A stretch of DNA of 64,000 nt from Patescibacteria group bacterium (lineage in GTDB: Bacteria; Patescibacteriota; Microgenomatia; UBA12405), in assembly GCA_013387215.1 (NCBI GenBank), contig WARW01000022.1:169897-233896 (forward strand), given 5' to 3'. Made by a program: the position numbers and the translations under genes. Shown one piece after another: positions 29,605 through 39,578 of the stretch (its first letter is position 1; each line of letters opens with the position of its first letter). The notes under the pieces were generated by a model. That model saw only the letters and a program-made list of their open reading frames with translations. It was not told the origin of the DNA and made no database searches.

Positions 29605-30255
29605 TTACCTGGAATAAAGAAGCTCGTCAATTGCGGTTTTAATGTTAGATAGGGAAAATCCTTTTCTGTACAAAAAAGCCGTAATTTTGTTTTTATATTC
29701 AAAGTTAGCCAAATTCTTTGGGTCTGACACTTTTTTGGCAAGCAACTTTTTGATTTTGTCCAAATCTGATTCTTCGCCAAATAGACTGGGAGATAAAGAA
29801 TCAACATTTATCCCTTCCTGCTGCAACAAATAAATTATTTCCCGCTTGGATTTTTTATAGTGCTTTTTAATAAAATAAGCGATATATTCATTATCGTTTA
29901 ACAATCCTTGGGATTTTATTTTTTGAATGCAATTAAAGGAAATTTCTTTTAAATCTGCCGAATTTTCTGGATATTTATATTTAAAAATAACCCGTTTCAG
30001 ATAGCCGCTGATTTTTTGATGCAATACTTTTTCAGTCTTCGGAGAAAGGGCAATTTGTTTGAGGCCATATTCCCAGGCGAGGTAGGATAGTGAGGCAGTG
30101 ATAATCTTATTAAACTTGGCATCATCAATTGCTTCTCCCGTTATTAAGGATAATTTTACAATATCATCGATAAAAAACGGGAAAAACAAACCAGTTGAGA
30201 ATTTTAAATAAACCCGACTAGGAAAACGACTAGTTTTGATAGCGGCGAGAATCAT
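29605..30255 (-). CDS. recX: RecX regulatory protein
   Basis: Directly downstream of recA; GLLNDNEY, FLYRKGF. Confidence 0.75.
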   Translation of the reverse strand: MILAAIKTSRFPSRVYLKFSTGLFFPFFIDDIVKLSLITGEAIDDAKFNKIITASLSYLAWEYGLKQIALSPKTEKVLHQKISGYLKRVIFKYKYPENSADLKEISFNCIQKIKSQGLLNDNEYIAYFIKKHYKKSKREIIYLLQQEGINVDSLSPSLFGEESDLDKIKKLLAKKVSDPKNLANFEYKNKITAFLYRKGFSLSNIKTAIDELLYSR

Positions 30256-30260
30256 AATTA

Positions 30261-31355
30261 TTATTCTTCATCACCAGCACCTATTTTTACAGATGCATTT
30301 TCTTTGTTATTTTTAGCTTTTTCCCAAACTTTGGCTTTTACTTCTTCGGCGATGTTTTGATTTTCTTTTAAGAATCTTTTAGCGCCTTCACGACCTTGAA
30401 TGTTTTGGTCATTAATTTTGAAGAAAGCTCCAGATTTAGTGATAATGCCGTATTGAACAGCTAAATCGACTAGACCGCCGTATACTGAGATGCCTTCGGT
30501 ATTCATAATATCGAATTCAGCTTCTTTGAATGGAGGAGCGATTTTATTTTTAATGATTCTGGCACGATGCTGAGAACCAATGGATTCGCCTGATGGAGTT
30601 TTAATGTTAGCAATTTTTCTCAAATCGATTCTGACTGAGGAATAGAATTTTAGAGCTAAACCACCAGGAGTAGTTTCAGGATTACCAAACATTACGCCTA
30701 TCTTTTGGCGAAGTTGATTGGTAAAGATGACTACTGTTTTAGATTTAGAAATAGCGCCAGTGAGTTTTCTTAAGGCTTGAGACATCAAGCGAGCTTGAAC
30801 ACCCATCATAGAATCGCCCATTTCGCCTTCAATTTCGGCCTTAGGAACTAATGCGGCAACCGAATCGACAACGACGACATCAACAGCATTGGAACGAACT
30901 AATGTTTCAACGATTTCCAAGGCTTGTTCACCATTGTCTGGCTGAGAAATTAATAAACTATCGAGATTGACGCCAACAGTAGCGGCTCTTTCAGGATCCA
31001 AAGCGTGTTCGACATCAATAAATGCGGCAGTGCCACCCATTTTTTGGGCTTCTGCAATTAAGTGTAAACAGACAGTGGTTTTTCCAGAAGCTTCTGGTCC
31101 GAATATTTCACTAATACGGCCGCGTGGCAGACCACCAACACCAAGGGCAATATCAAGAGGAATACAACCAGTAGGAATAACTTCGACTGACATATCGGCT
31201 CTTCGGTCACCCATTTTCATGATGGCACCATCGCCGTAGGCTTTAGTAATTTGTTCCATAGCAACTCGAACTGCTTCGAGCTTTTTATTTTGAATGTTGG
31301 AAGTGTTTGTAGTCTCAGACTTTATTTTTGTTTTTTTCATTTTATCTTTAATCAT
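30261..31355 (-). CDS. recA: Recombinase A
   Basis: [37 protein letters not shown]. Confidence 0.98.
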   Translation of the reverse strand: MIKDKMKKTKIKSETTNTSNIQNKKLEAVRVAMEQITKAYGDGAIMKMGDRRADMSVEVIPTGCIPLDIALGVGGLPRGRISEIFGPEASGKTTVCLHLIAEAQKMGGTAAFIDVEHALDPERAATVGVNLDSLLISQPDNGEQALEIVETLVRSNAVDVVVVDSVAALVPKAEIEGEMGDSMMGVQARLMSQALRKLTGAISKSKTVVIFTNQLRQKIGVMFGNPETTPGGLALKFYSSVRIDLRKIANIKTPSGESIGSQHRARIIKNKIAPPFKEAEFDIMNTEGISVYGGLVDLAVQYGIITKSGAFFKINDQNIQGREGAKRFLKENQNIAEEVKAKVWEKAKNNKENASVKIGAGDEE

Positions 31356-31409
31356 TTTTTATTTAACAAATATAGTGATAACAAAATTTGATCGCTTAAG
31401 TCAATAAGT

Positions 31410-31430
31410 AAAACCGAAGAAAAACCGAAG
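31410..31430 (-). promoter_or_regulatory. Direct repeat TTCGG-N6-TTCGG next to the recA -35; candidate LexA box
   Basis: AAAACCGAAG twice at an 11-bp period; TTGACT -35 at 31399-31404 (minus). Confidence 0.6.
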
Positions 31431-31572
31431 TTGAATTAAGTATAACATGATGTAGCTTGCTTAATGTTAAAATTAAAACGAAAAATCATAAGTTAATTTA
31501 TGTTTAGAAACTAGCGAATTTGTCTAGTGATTATTGGAAATTTAGATATGATTGAGTAAAATAGGATACTCT

Positions 31573-31646
31573 CGGGAATTGGCGCAATTGGCTAGCGCGC
31601 ACGGATGGGGTCCGTGAGGCTGCAGGTTCGAATCCTGTATTCCCGA
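31573..31646 (+). tRNA. tRNA-Pro(GGG), CCA not encoded
   Basis: Acceptor CGGGAAT/ATTCCCG; anticodon arm CACGG-ATGGGGT-CCGTG; T-arm GCAGG-TTCGAAT-CCTGT. Confidence 0.95.
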
Positions 31647-31793
31647 CTCAGTTTTGTAAACAAAACTTCGTCGGATTTCAGATCGATTAAGAAATATCGA
31701 TCTTCAACCCTACTCGCTTGTATTTTATGGATTTCAACTGGACTATATATATAGTAGATTTGATGTTTTTTGCTATAATTCTTAAATAATTAA

Positions 31794-32363
31794 GTGATAT
31801 TTATGGCCAAAATACTTTCAGAAATACATCATATCGTGGTAAAGATAAACGCTTTTTTGAGAAAATTTGCCAAAACAATTTTCAGAATTTTTGAAGTCAG
31901 CATTATTATTAAAGGAATCGATGGTATTTTGGAAATAATCGGAAGCGGAATTCTTTTTTATGTAGCCAAACCAGAAAGAATGGACAGGATTGTTCTTTTA
32001 TTAACCGAACATGAATTGAGCCAAGATCCAGATGATACTTTTGCCAATCTTATTACCGGATTGGGCCAACACTTGTCAGTGGGCGGCGCTAGATTTGGAG
32101 CAATATATCTTCTGGCTCATGCATGTATAAAAATATTTATGGTGACAATGCTTTTAAGTAAAAAGATGTGGGCTTATCCGGTAGTGGCAGTGGCATTAGT
32201 AGGATTTGCGGGTTACCAGATTTATAGATTTACCCATACCCATTCAGCTCCTTTAATATTCTTTTCCTGTTTTGATATTTTTACGGCAATTTTGACGATT
32301 CTAGTTTACCGACAATTAAAGAAAGAAGAATTACACCGCGCCAAAGTTCTTGCTACTGCCTAA
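31794..32363 (+). CDS. DUF2127 family membrane protein
   Basis: KGIDGILEIIG, EHELSQDPDD, YLLAH..K, WAYP, YQIYRF. Confidence 0.85.
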   Translation: MIFMAKILSEIHHIVVKINAFLRKFAKTIFRIFEVSIIIKGIDGILEIIGSGILFYVAKPERMDRIVLLLTEHELSQDPDDTFANLITGLGQHLSVGGARFGAIYLLAHACIKIFMVTMLLSKKMWAYPVVAVALVGFAGYQIYRFTHTHSAPLIFFSCFDIFTAILTILVYRQLKKEELHRAKVLATA

Positions 32364-32894
32364 TTTTTCCAGTTTTTGGACTAAATCTGAGTCGTTTTTC
32401 ATTTTTGTAATATCTATTTCCATCTTTTTAGAAATAATCATACCTTGGATTATTCTTCTGGCTTTTAAGGCTTGATCTTTTTTAAGATATTTTAAAGTAA
32501 TAGGTGTGGTTGGTGAAGAAGCTTCAACAATATTTAAAGTAGCAAAAAATGGAACAACTACAGCCGTTACTTCGGCAATATTTTCAATATCGATACTTCT
32601 GATCCGGTCACTCAGAAAAAACATTTTAGAAATTACGTGAATTTGACTATAGTCGATAACAAGAGTGGTTGGAAAAATATCCAAAGGGAAAATGGTAGTA
32701 GTCCTAAAAATAACATTATTAGACAAAGATAATAAATTATCTAATTTTTGCTGATTAATGTTGGTATCTTTTGTGGTTTCCTTTTTAGCTTCGTTCATTC
32801 CTTCGGAAACCGGATCATTATCGGGATTTGCATCAGCTTTCAAATTGGTGCGGGAAGAAATGTTTTTGCTGTTTTCTGTGTCGGGCATGTTCAT
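32331..32894 (-). CDS. Hypothetical protein (possible PH-like domain)
   Basis: FPLDIFPTTL..FF..RSI.I.NI..V..PFFATL..A..ARRIIQG. Confidence 0.65.
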   Translation of the reverse strand: MNMPDTENSKNISSRTNLKADANPDNDPVSEGMNEAKKETTKDTNINQQKLDNLLSLSNNVIFRTTTIFPLDIFPTTLVIDYSQIHVISKMFFLSDRIRSIDIENIAEVTAVVVPFFATLNIVEASSPTTPITLKYLKKDQALKARRIIQGMIISKKMEIDITKMKNDSDLVQKLEKLGSSKNFGAV

Positions 32895-33036
32895 AATAAT
32901 ATATTAATTTCAGAAGAGGAGCTTAATAAGAAAGTTAGAATGCAGTAAGCATAGTTCTTTCTAAACTATTACCCGTTTCTTATTCGGACAAGAGACTTGT
33001 TGCCTAGAATTTAATTATTAATATTTATGGAATAAA

Positions 33037-33603
33037 TTGAACAAATCCATAGCAGCAATATTGGCGGTAGTGATATTAATGTTGGCAGGCGGGGTGGTGG
33101 CGGTAATAAAAAGAAATTTAACTTTACCATCTACTACAAATATACCAACACCAGAATTAATAAGTCCGGTTCCATCGGGCACACCAACTCAAATACCAAC
33201 TACCAATATAGTGGACACGCTTAATGAGTTGGGAGCTTTTAGATATTCAGTGGCAGCAATTAAATTAAGTAATCTGAATTCAGCTTTAAGCGATGGCGGA
33301 AATTACACTATTTTTGCACCGACTGATGATGCTGTGGCCAAGCTTTTCAATAATCAACCAAGTTTACCAAGGACCACAGCCGAAATAAATAAAATTGTAG
33401 GTTATCATGTGGTTTCAGGGAAAACTACATCGACAGATTTATTAAAGTCGCCTATTTTAAAAACTTTAGAAGGCCAGAGTTTAACAATAAAAATCAGCAG
33501 CATGTCGGCAACAGTTAATAATGCCCAAATTATTGATGTTGATATTCCAGCAAGTAACGGGGTTATTCATGTTATTGATTCAGTTTTAATTCCACCAAAA
33601 TAA
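33037..33603 (+). CDS. Fasciclin (FAS1) domain protein
   Basis: YTIFAPTDDA, YHVV, DIPASNGVIHVIDSVLIP. Confidence 0.92.
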   Translation: MNKSIAAILAVVILMLAGGVVAVIKRNLTLPSTTNIPTPELISPVPSGTPTQIPTTNIVDTLNELGAFRYSVAAIKLSNLNSALSDGGNYTIFAPTDDAVAKLFNNQPSLPRTTAEINKIVGYHVVSGKTTSTDLLKSPILKTLEGQSLTIKISSMSATVNNAQIIDVDIPASNGVIHVIDSVLIPPK

Positions 33604-33605
33604 TT

Positions 33606-34169
33606 ATGAGACCAATAATAATTGCATTGCTGGCACTTTTAGGAGTGTTGTTAATTGTTTTTTTAATAGTTAGAGCTAGCGGACCAATCAGTTTGGTTAC
33701 TAGCCCAACTCCGACTCCTAGCCAAATGCCAACTCCGACTCCTACCATAACACCTTCATATGCAATGACGGCCACAGTTACAGTTTCACCAATTACACCG
33801 GCGCCAACCAGTACGACTGGCATAACAGATGCTTTAAGCCACAATAATTCCTTAGGACTTTTTACAAAAGCAATTAATGATACCGGTTTGAATGGAATAT
33901 TGAATTCCGGCGATCCATACACTGTTTTTGCATTGGATAACAATAATATGCAGAGCATATTAAATAGTGCGGGCAGCAATACCAATATTTTAAACGATAA
34001 ATTAAAAATGCAAATTGTTTATGGAATTTTAGATAGCAATCAAATTAAAAATAGAATGACTTCCTTAAGCGGTCAAGATATTAGTCTTGGAAATGCAAAT
34101 GTGGATGGAACAATTCCAGTTAATAATGGAATAATTTATATTGTCAGCTCACCTGTAACTCCTCAGTAA
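33606..34169 (+). CDS. Divergent fasciclin-domain protein with PT linker
   Basis: PYTVFA..N, NNGIIYIV; N-terminal TM segment. Confidence 0.75.
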   Translation: MRPIIIALLALLGVLLIVFLIVRASGPISLVTSPTPTPSQMPTPTPTITPSYAMTATVTVSPITPAPTSTTGITDALSHNNSLGLFTKAINDTGLNGILNSGDPYTVFALDNNNMQSILNSAGSNTNILNDKLKMQIVYGILDSNQIKNRMTSLSGQDISLGNANVDGTIPVNNGIIYIVSSPVTPQ

Positions 34170-34187
34170 AAATGGTATATTTTAAAT

Positions 34188-34583
34188 GTGAGACATGGAG
34201 TTTTGTGGATTTTTATACTAATAATTATTGTTATATCAATATTTATTTATCATGACTTGGTTTACACCTACAAAGTGCTGCCGGAAACTATTGTTTTACT
34301 GCCAGATAAACTGACTGATATTGAAATTGCCGAAAATTGCCAAAGCGATATGAATTCTATTAAAGCGTGTCCAAACGGAGATTATATTTTTGAAAAAACA
34401 GATACATTAAGAAATGTGTATAATCACGGCAAATTCTTAGTTTATACCGACAAACTAGAAAACAACGGCTTTGAAATTACGACAACCAGAACCAATTCGA
34501 TTTTGTTTTATCTTCGAGCAATAACAAAGACCAGTTCGGGATGTACTGCTGAAGAAGCAAAAAACGGCTGCGACCATATATAA
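34188..34583 (+). CDS. Membrane-anchored hypothetical protein
   Basis: N-terminal TM segment, four Cys. Confidence 0.55.
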   Translation: MRHGVLWIFILIIIVISIFIYHDLVYTYKVLPETIVLLPDKLTDIEIAENCQSDMNSIKACPNGDYIFEKTDTLRNVYNHGKFLVYTDKLENNGFEITTTRTNSILFYLRAITKTSSGCTAEEAKNGCDHI

Positions 34584-34607
34584 ATTAGATCTGTCAAAAT
34601 ATTTAAA

Positions 34608-35141
34608 ATGAACAATATTGAAGTTGAAATCAGAAGTTTTATTAGCAAAGAAAAATATGAAGAATTAATAAAGTTTTTTGATAAAAACGCAGAAAAACTA
34701 AGCGATGATTATCAGGAAACCTATTATTTTGATACACCGCAAGATTTGAGAATTCAGAAAAATAAATATTTTTCCAAAGTCTGGCTTAAGAAAGGAAAAA
34801 TCCATGATGAATCGAGAGAAGAAATTGAAATTAAATCAAAAGTTGAAGATTTTGAAAACTTAGAAAAGCTGTTTTTAGCTTTGGATTATAAAGTGAAAAT
34901 CAAATGGTTCAGAAACCGAACGGAATATAGGTGGCAAGAAATGAATGTTTGCATTGATTATTCAAAAGGATATGGATATATTGTTGAACTGGAAAAAATG
35001 AGTTCCGAGAAGGAAAAAGAAAATAGTCTGGAGTATTTGAAGAATAAATTAAAAGAACTGGAGATTCCTTTGACTTCACGAGAAGAATTTGAAAGAAAGT
35101 TCAAAGATTACGAGGATAATTGGCAAACATTAACTCAATGA
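34608..35141 (+). CDS. CYTH domain protein (CyaB-like)
   Basis: IEVEIR, Q.TYYF, LRI, REEIE, R..Y, YGYIVELE. Confidence 0.88.
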   Translation: MNNIEVEIRSFISKEKYEELIKFFDKNAEKLSDDYQETYYFDTPQDLRIQKNKYFSKVWLKKGKIHDESREEIEIKSKVEDFENLEKLFLALDYKVKIKWFRNRTEYRWQEMNVCIDYSKGYGYIVELEKMSSEKEKENSLEYLKNKLKELEIPLTSREEFERKFKDYEDNWQTLTQ

Positions 35142-35231
35142 ATTCTTGTGTAATTCTTATAATTCTTTGAAAATTGGCTGAGATAATTGTAATGAAGAAT
35201 TACAAATTCTTTTAAGGAGGTGATTATCAAA

Positions 35232-35474
35232 ATGAATCGAGTTAATTCATTAGATTACGTTGCTCTAGTTTTAATAATCATCGGAGCGTTAAATTGGGGT
35301 CTTGTCGGCTTGTTTGGTTTTAACCTTATCGATACAATATTTGGTGCTGGAAGCATTCTTGCTAGGATAATCTATATAATCGTAGGTTTGGCGGGCTTAT
35401 ACACCTTGTATTTGATATCTAAAATCAGTTCAAGTATTGAAGAAAGATCAGGCAGACCTCACACCAGTACGTAG
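35232..35474 (+). CDS. DUF378 family membrane protein
   Basis: LIIIGALNWGLVGLFGFNL..IYIIVGLAG; AAGGAGGTG SD. Confidence 0.9.
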   Translation: MNRVNSLDYVALVLIIIGALNWGLVGLFGFNLIDTIFGAGSILARIIYIIVGLAGLYTLYLISKISSSIEERSGRPHTST

Positions 35475-35481
35475 ATAGAGG

Positions 35482-36039
35482 TTACGCTTCGGGGTTGGCG
35501 GCAATTTGAGAGAGTTTTTCTTTTTGCTCTTCTTTGTATACTCTCATTGAATCAACAATGATTTGGCGAGCTTCTTTGCGTCCAAGCCAGCCTTTGACTT
35601 CAACATTTTTTTCTTCAAGACGTTTATATTCGGTGAAAAAGTGAACCAGTTCTTTTAGTATATGAGGAGATACGTCTTTAAGACTTTTAATTTCGGCATA
35701 ATTTGGATTTTTTAAAGGCACGGCAAGAATTTTTTCATCATCACCATGTTCATCAGACATGATTAAAACACCAATCGGTCTGACTTCCATTAGACAGCCA
35801 GTGAATACGGGGGAATTAGTTATAACCATAATATCAAGATGATCCCCGTCTTTAGAGCGGGTTTCAGGAATAAAACCGTAATCAACTGGATAGAACATTG
35901 GAGAATGGAGCACGCGGTCGAGTTTGATGATATCAAGTTCCTCATCATACTCATATTTATTGGAAGTTTGTTTTGCAATTTCAATAATTGCATTAACTAC
36001 TTTTGGTGCCTCTTCGCCAGCTGTAATCAAAGGATTCAT
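35482..36039 (-). CDS. ppa: Inorganic pyrophosphatase (family I)
   Basis: KYEYD, LDRVL, YGFIPET, DGDHLD, DEKIL. Confidence 0.95.
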   Translation of the reverse strand: MNPLITAGEEAPKVVNAIIEIAKQTSNKYEYDEELDIIKLDRVLHSPMFYPVDYGFIPETRSKDGDHLDIMVITNSPVFTGCLMEVRPIGVLIMSDEHGDDEKILAVPLKNPNYAEIKSLKDVSPHILKELVHFFTEYKRLEEKNVEVKGWLGRKEARQIIVDSMRVYKEEQKEKLSQIAANPEA

Positions 36040-36212
36040 AGTGCCGGAATTATAACACTTATAATATGTAAGTCAAATTTTGAATACATATTATATGTGT
36101 ATATCATTTTTATTTTTTCCCATATTTAAGGAATTATATTAGTTTATTAACTAATTGTATCAAACAGTATCAAAAAGCGAGTATAATCGAAGTATCAATA
36201 TAAAATACCCAT

Positions 36213-36437
36213 ATGACAATCTACATTAAGGTTAAGCCTGGGGCCTCTAGAAACGAAATAATCAAAAAGGATGAAAACCATTGGGAAGTCTTTGTGACTG
36301 TAACTCCTCAAAAAGGAAAAGCCAATAAAGCTGTGATTGATATTCTAGCTAAAGAGTTAGGAGTGCCCAAGTCGAGAATCAGCATTAAACAGGGATTAAA
36401 AAGTAAACTTAAGGCGGTCGAGATTCTGAACTTTTAG
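36213..36437 (+). CDS. DUF167/YggU family protein
   Basis: VKPGAS..P.KGKAN..LA..LGVPKS.I.I..G.KS..K. Confidence 0.9.
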   Translation: MTIYIKVKPGASRNEIIKKDENHWEVFVTVTPQKGKANKAVIDILAKELGVPKSRISIKQGLKSKLKAVEILNF

Positions 36438-36454
36438 GTTATAATTATTAAATT

Positions 36455-37426
36455 ATGGCCATAAATATTACCCCAAATGAACTAATCCGCGATCGTCATT
36501 TTTTAGTTGTCAGCAAAGAGACCAAACAAACCAAATCAGGTGATGCTTATTACGTTTTAGAATTAAGCAATTCGTCAGGTAAGATTGAGGCTAAAATTTG
36601 GAACAATAATATTGCCCACTGCAATTTTGAAGTTGGCAAAATAATAGAATTAAACGGAAAGTCACAAGAATACAACGGTAAAGTCGGATTGATTATTGAT
36701 AGCTGCCAGGTGGTCGATAATGAAGAAACCGCCAATTATTCCCCCACTGTGCCAACTTTAGTATTTGACATTGAAACTGTAGGCAAGAAGTTTGAAGAAC
36801 TGGATGCTAAAGAACAGGATTATTTGCTCAATAATTTGCTTAAAAATGATGAAGATAAAGAAGAAGCCAAAAAGAAAACAGCTTTATTTTCGATTTTTGG
36901 TTTTGTCTGTGCTATTGGCTGCTACAATCCCGGAACAGACAGAGGTATTGTTTTATGTTTAACTCCTGGCGAATCTAGAGAGCTAGTTCCAGAAAGCGAG
37001 GCTTATTCTTATGAATGTTTTGCTGATGAAAAAAACCTTTTAAAAAGATTTTGGGAAATAACCGAAAAATACGAGAAATTTGTTACTTATAACGGCGATA
37101 ATTTTGATTTTCCATATTTAATAATCAGATCAGGAATAAATAGAGTTAAGGTGCCAATGGCAATTAAAAAATGGTCGGATGATGTTATTGATCTGCAAAA
37201 TAAAATAAGACAAGGAAGCGGTCAACACAGCGCTTTTAAACTGGAAATGCTATGCAAGGCTTTTGGGGTGGAAAATCCAAAAGAAGCTGGGGTGTCGGGA
37301 GGTGAAGTTACTTCCCTATTTGAAAAGAAAGAATATAATACGATAGCTGACTATGTTTCCCGTGACGCATTCTCGACCAGCAGATTATATTTGATCTGGA
37401 AAGAATATATGAGCGGAGAAAAGTAA
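36455..37426 (+). CDS. OB-fold fused to PolB-like DEDD 3'-5' exonuclease
   Basis: N-terminal TKSGDAY..L..SSG.IEAKIW (YhaM-like OB); LVFDIET, TYNGDNFDFPYL, Y..D. Confidence 0.8.
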   Translation: MAINITPNELIRDRHFLVVSKETKQTKSGDAYYVLELSNSSGKIEAKIWNNNIAHCNFEVGKIIELNGKSQEYNGKVGLIIDSCQVVDNEETANYSPTVPTLVFDIETVGKKFEELDAKEQDYLLNNLLKNDEDKEEAKKKTALFSIFGFVCAIGCYNPGTDRGIVLCLTPGESRELVPESEAYSYECFADEKNLLKRFWEITEKYEKFVTYNGDNFDFPYLIIRSGINRVKVPMAIKKWSDDVIDLQNKIRQGSGQHSAFKLEMLCKAFGVENPKEAGVSGGEVTSLFEKKEYNTIADYVSRDAFSTSRLYLIWKEYMSGEK

Positions 37427-37447
37427 ACTTATTATTTTTTTAATTTT

Positions 37448-37612
37448 ATGGATATAAATCAAGAATTCGAGCAAGAATTAGTTTTTCAGGTGGAACCTGA
37501 AAATAAAAAAAGTAATAAAGAGGTTAAGACTAAGAAAATAACTAAGATTGCGACTGAGAATTTAAAAAAATTGGTTTTAGACAGATTAAACGAACGAACC
37601 GGCGAGTGCTAA
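37448..37612 (+). CDS. Small hypothetical protein (54 aa), not in the ORF track
   Basis: Open frame ATG37448-TAA37612 filling the gap between genes. Confidence 0.35.
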   Translation: MDINQEFEQELVFQVEPENKKSNKEVKTKKITKIATENLKKLVLDRLNERTGEC

Positions 37613-37839
37613 TTTTCGACAATATTGTCTTTTTTTTCCGAGGGAGTTGAGGAATAAAAGTCTGTTTTAGTGCTGGGAGCATTAACTTGATCGACGCTTA
37701 ATTTGATGATGTCGATTAGGGCTTCATCAAACTCTTTTTCCGACCAGCCTTTTTCAAGCAAAAGCTTTTTTATGGACTCAACCTTGACTCCTTCTTCGAG
37801 CTGGGCTTGAATATATTCAATTAATTCTTGATTGGCCAT
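37609..37839 (-). CDS. Hypothetical protein
   Basis: ELIEYI..L..G...E.IK..LL..GW...D.A motif, common in CPR proteins. Confidence 0.6.
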   Translation of the reverse strand: MANQELIEYIQAQLEEGVKVESIKKLLLEKGWSEKEFDEALIDIIKLSVDQVNAPSTKTDFYSSTPSEKKDNIVEN

Positions 37840-37880
37840 ACCATATTATAGCCTAAAAAGAATGTTTTGTGTATTATTTA

Positions 37881-38609
37881 TTACAATATAAAGAAAGTGA
37901 TGATTGCCAAAATAAGTGTATAGATCCCGAAATACCACAATTTTCGGCTGACTAGCAATTTTTTTAAGACAGTTAGGGCACCAAGACCCACAAAAAACGT
38001 AACGATAAAGGCAATAATGTAGTTTAGTTGAAATACATTAGCGCCTACTAAATCTTTAGCGTCAAACACTAATGCCCCAAAAGAAGCAGGGATTAAAAGA
38101 CAAAAAGAAAAATTAAATGCATCAACGGCAGACAGACCAACCAATAAGCCAGCAAAAATAGTTGAACCTGAACGGGATACACCGGGCAATATGGCTACAG
38201 ACTGGAATAATCCAACTATTAAGGCTCTTTTCCAATCCATCCTGATTTCCTTTTTATATAAATATTTTGTGGATAAAATAAAAGCTGAAGTAACCAAGAA
38301 GAAAAGCGGCAAGATATGGGTGTTGGTAAAAACAGCATCGATTTTATGACGGAATATAAGGGTAACCAAAACTGTGGGCAAGGTGGCGATAATAATATAT
38401 TTTAAATTTTTTATAAAATATGGAATTTGCTTTCGGAAAAAGAAAAAGACTGAAAAAAGAGTGGCAGTATTAAGAAAAATATCAAGTGTGATTGATGGCT
38501 GAAGACCTAATAAATGCTGAAAAATGTTCAAATGGCCTTTTGAAGAGATTGGTAAAAATTCAGCGATTCCCTGAACTATACTTAAAACGATTGCTTGAAA
38601 TAAATTCAT
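37881..38609 (-). CDS. uppP: Undecaprenyl-diphosphate phosphatase
   Basis: QGIAEFLPISSKGH, PGVSRSGSTI; start at ATG38609. Confidence 0.93.
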   Translation of the reverse strand: MNLFQAIVLSIVQGIAEFLPISSKGHLNIFQHLLGLQPSITLDIFLNTATLFSVFFFFRKQIPYFIKNLKYIIIATLPTVLVTLIFRHKIDAVFTNTHILPLFFLVTSAFILSTKYLYKKEIRMDWKRALIVGLFQSVAILPGVSRSGSTIFAGLLVGLSAVDAFNFSFCLLIPASFGALVFDAKDLVGANVFQLNYIIAFIVTFFVGLGALTVLKKLLVSRKLWYFGIYTLILAIITFFIL

Positions 38610-38625
38610 GTATTGATTATACAAG

Positions 38626-39561
38626 CTATTTTGAATTATACCTACCAGTATCTTGAGGATCAAAAAGACCGTTTGAATCATAACTATCACGAGAGATCAT
38701 GGAATCACACGTTTCTTCAAGCGGACACAGATCGTGCCTTTCTTTGTTGCAGCATTTACTGCCAATATACCAAAGAGTTTCCGAAACTTCACGGGTTTGC
38801 CAATTGTTTTCCAAACACATTTCAGACAACAAAGGCAGTAAAGTTCTAACCGAAACGTGATGAGTCCCAGTTGGTTTGTCCAGTTCAATTCCTTTGGTTT
38901 GAATCATAATTCTTGAAACCTGAAAATCAACAGGTATGCCGTTGTTTTGGGTGTTTTTTAATTCGTAAAAACCATATTGATCCACCCACTGAACAAATAA
39001 ACGTGATAATTTGGGACCGTAACGCCGGAAATCAGGTTTTTTTGAAGTTTTTGCTCTTGGTTTTACAACCAATGATTCAATTATTTTAGTAGAATCATCA
39101 TTATTGGCTTTAAAAAAATTCTTCATGTCTCCCCCAAATTTATTTTGAAGAACCGAACAATTATGAACCCATTGAGAAAAAGTAGTTTTGTTGTATCCCC
39201 CGGGTCTGAAAAAATTTTTACATTCTTTTTCAACATCAATGCCATTTGAATCGGCATCGAGTACTTTTTCCGGCTGAAATATCCAGGCATATTTGTTTAA
39301 TAGTTCTGCTTCAGAAAACTTTTTAAAAAACAACTCTGTGTTTTCTGCATGAATTAAACTGGTAGTAAAGAAAAGGGCATTTAAGGCAAAATTATCATCA
39401 TTGGTATTTTGTCCGTAATCTTTTATGAGTTTTATAAATTCTTCTTCAGGGGCTTTAATTTCTTTTTCAAAAATACCATATCTGTTTTCTCTGGCGTTTA
39501 AAGAGATTTGAATAGTATTATAAATTCTCTCTTTGTTTACGTTAATTCCTTCAATTGACAT
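38626..39561 (-). CDS. Putative HhH-GPD/Fe-S-loop DNA glycosylase-like protein
   Basis: FRRYGPKLS, IPVDFQVSRIM, LW.IG..CC......CPLEETC. Confidence 0.55.
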   Translation of the reverse strand: MSIEGINVNKERIYNTIQISLNARENRYGIFEKEIKAPEEEFIKLIKDYGQNTNDDNFALNALFFTTSLIHAENTELFFKKFSEAELLNKYAWIFQPEKVLDADSNGIDVEKECKNFFRPGGYNKTTFSQWVHNCSVLQNKFGGDMKNFFKANNDDSTKIIESLVVKPRAKTSKKPDFRRYGPKLSRLFVQWVDQYGFYELKNTQNNGIPVDFQVSRIMIQTKGIELDKPTGTHHVSVRTLLPLLSEMCLENNWQTREVSETLWYIGSKCCNKERHDLCPLEETCDSMISRDSYDSNGLFDPQDTGRYNSK

Positions 39562-39578
39562 GGGATTATAAGAATAAT

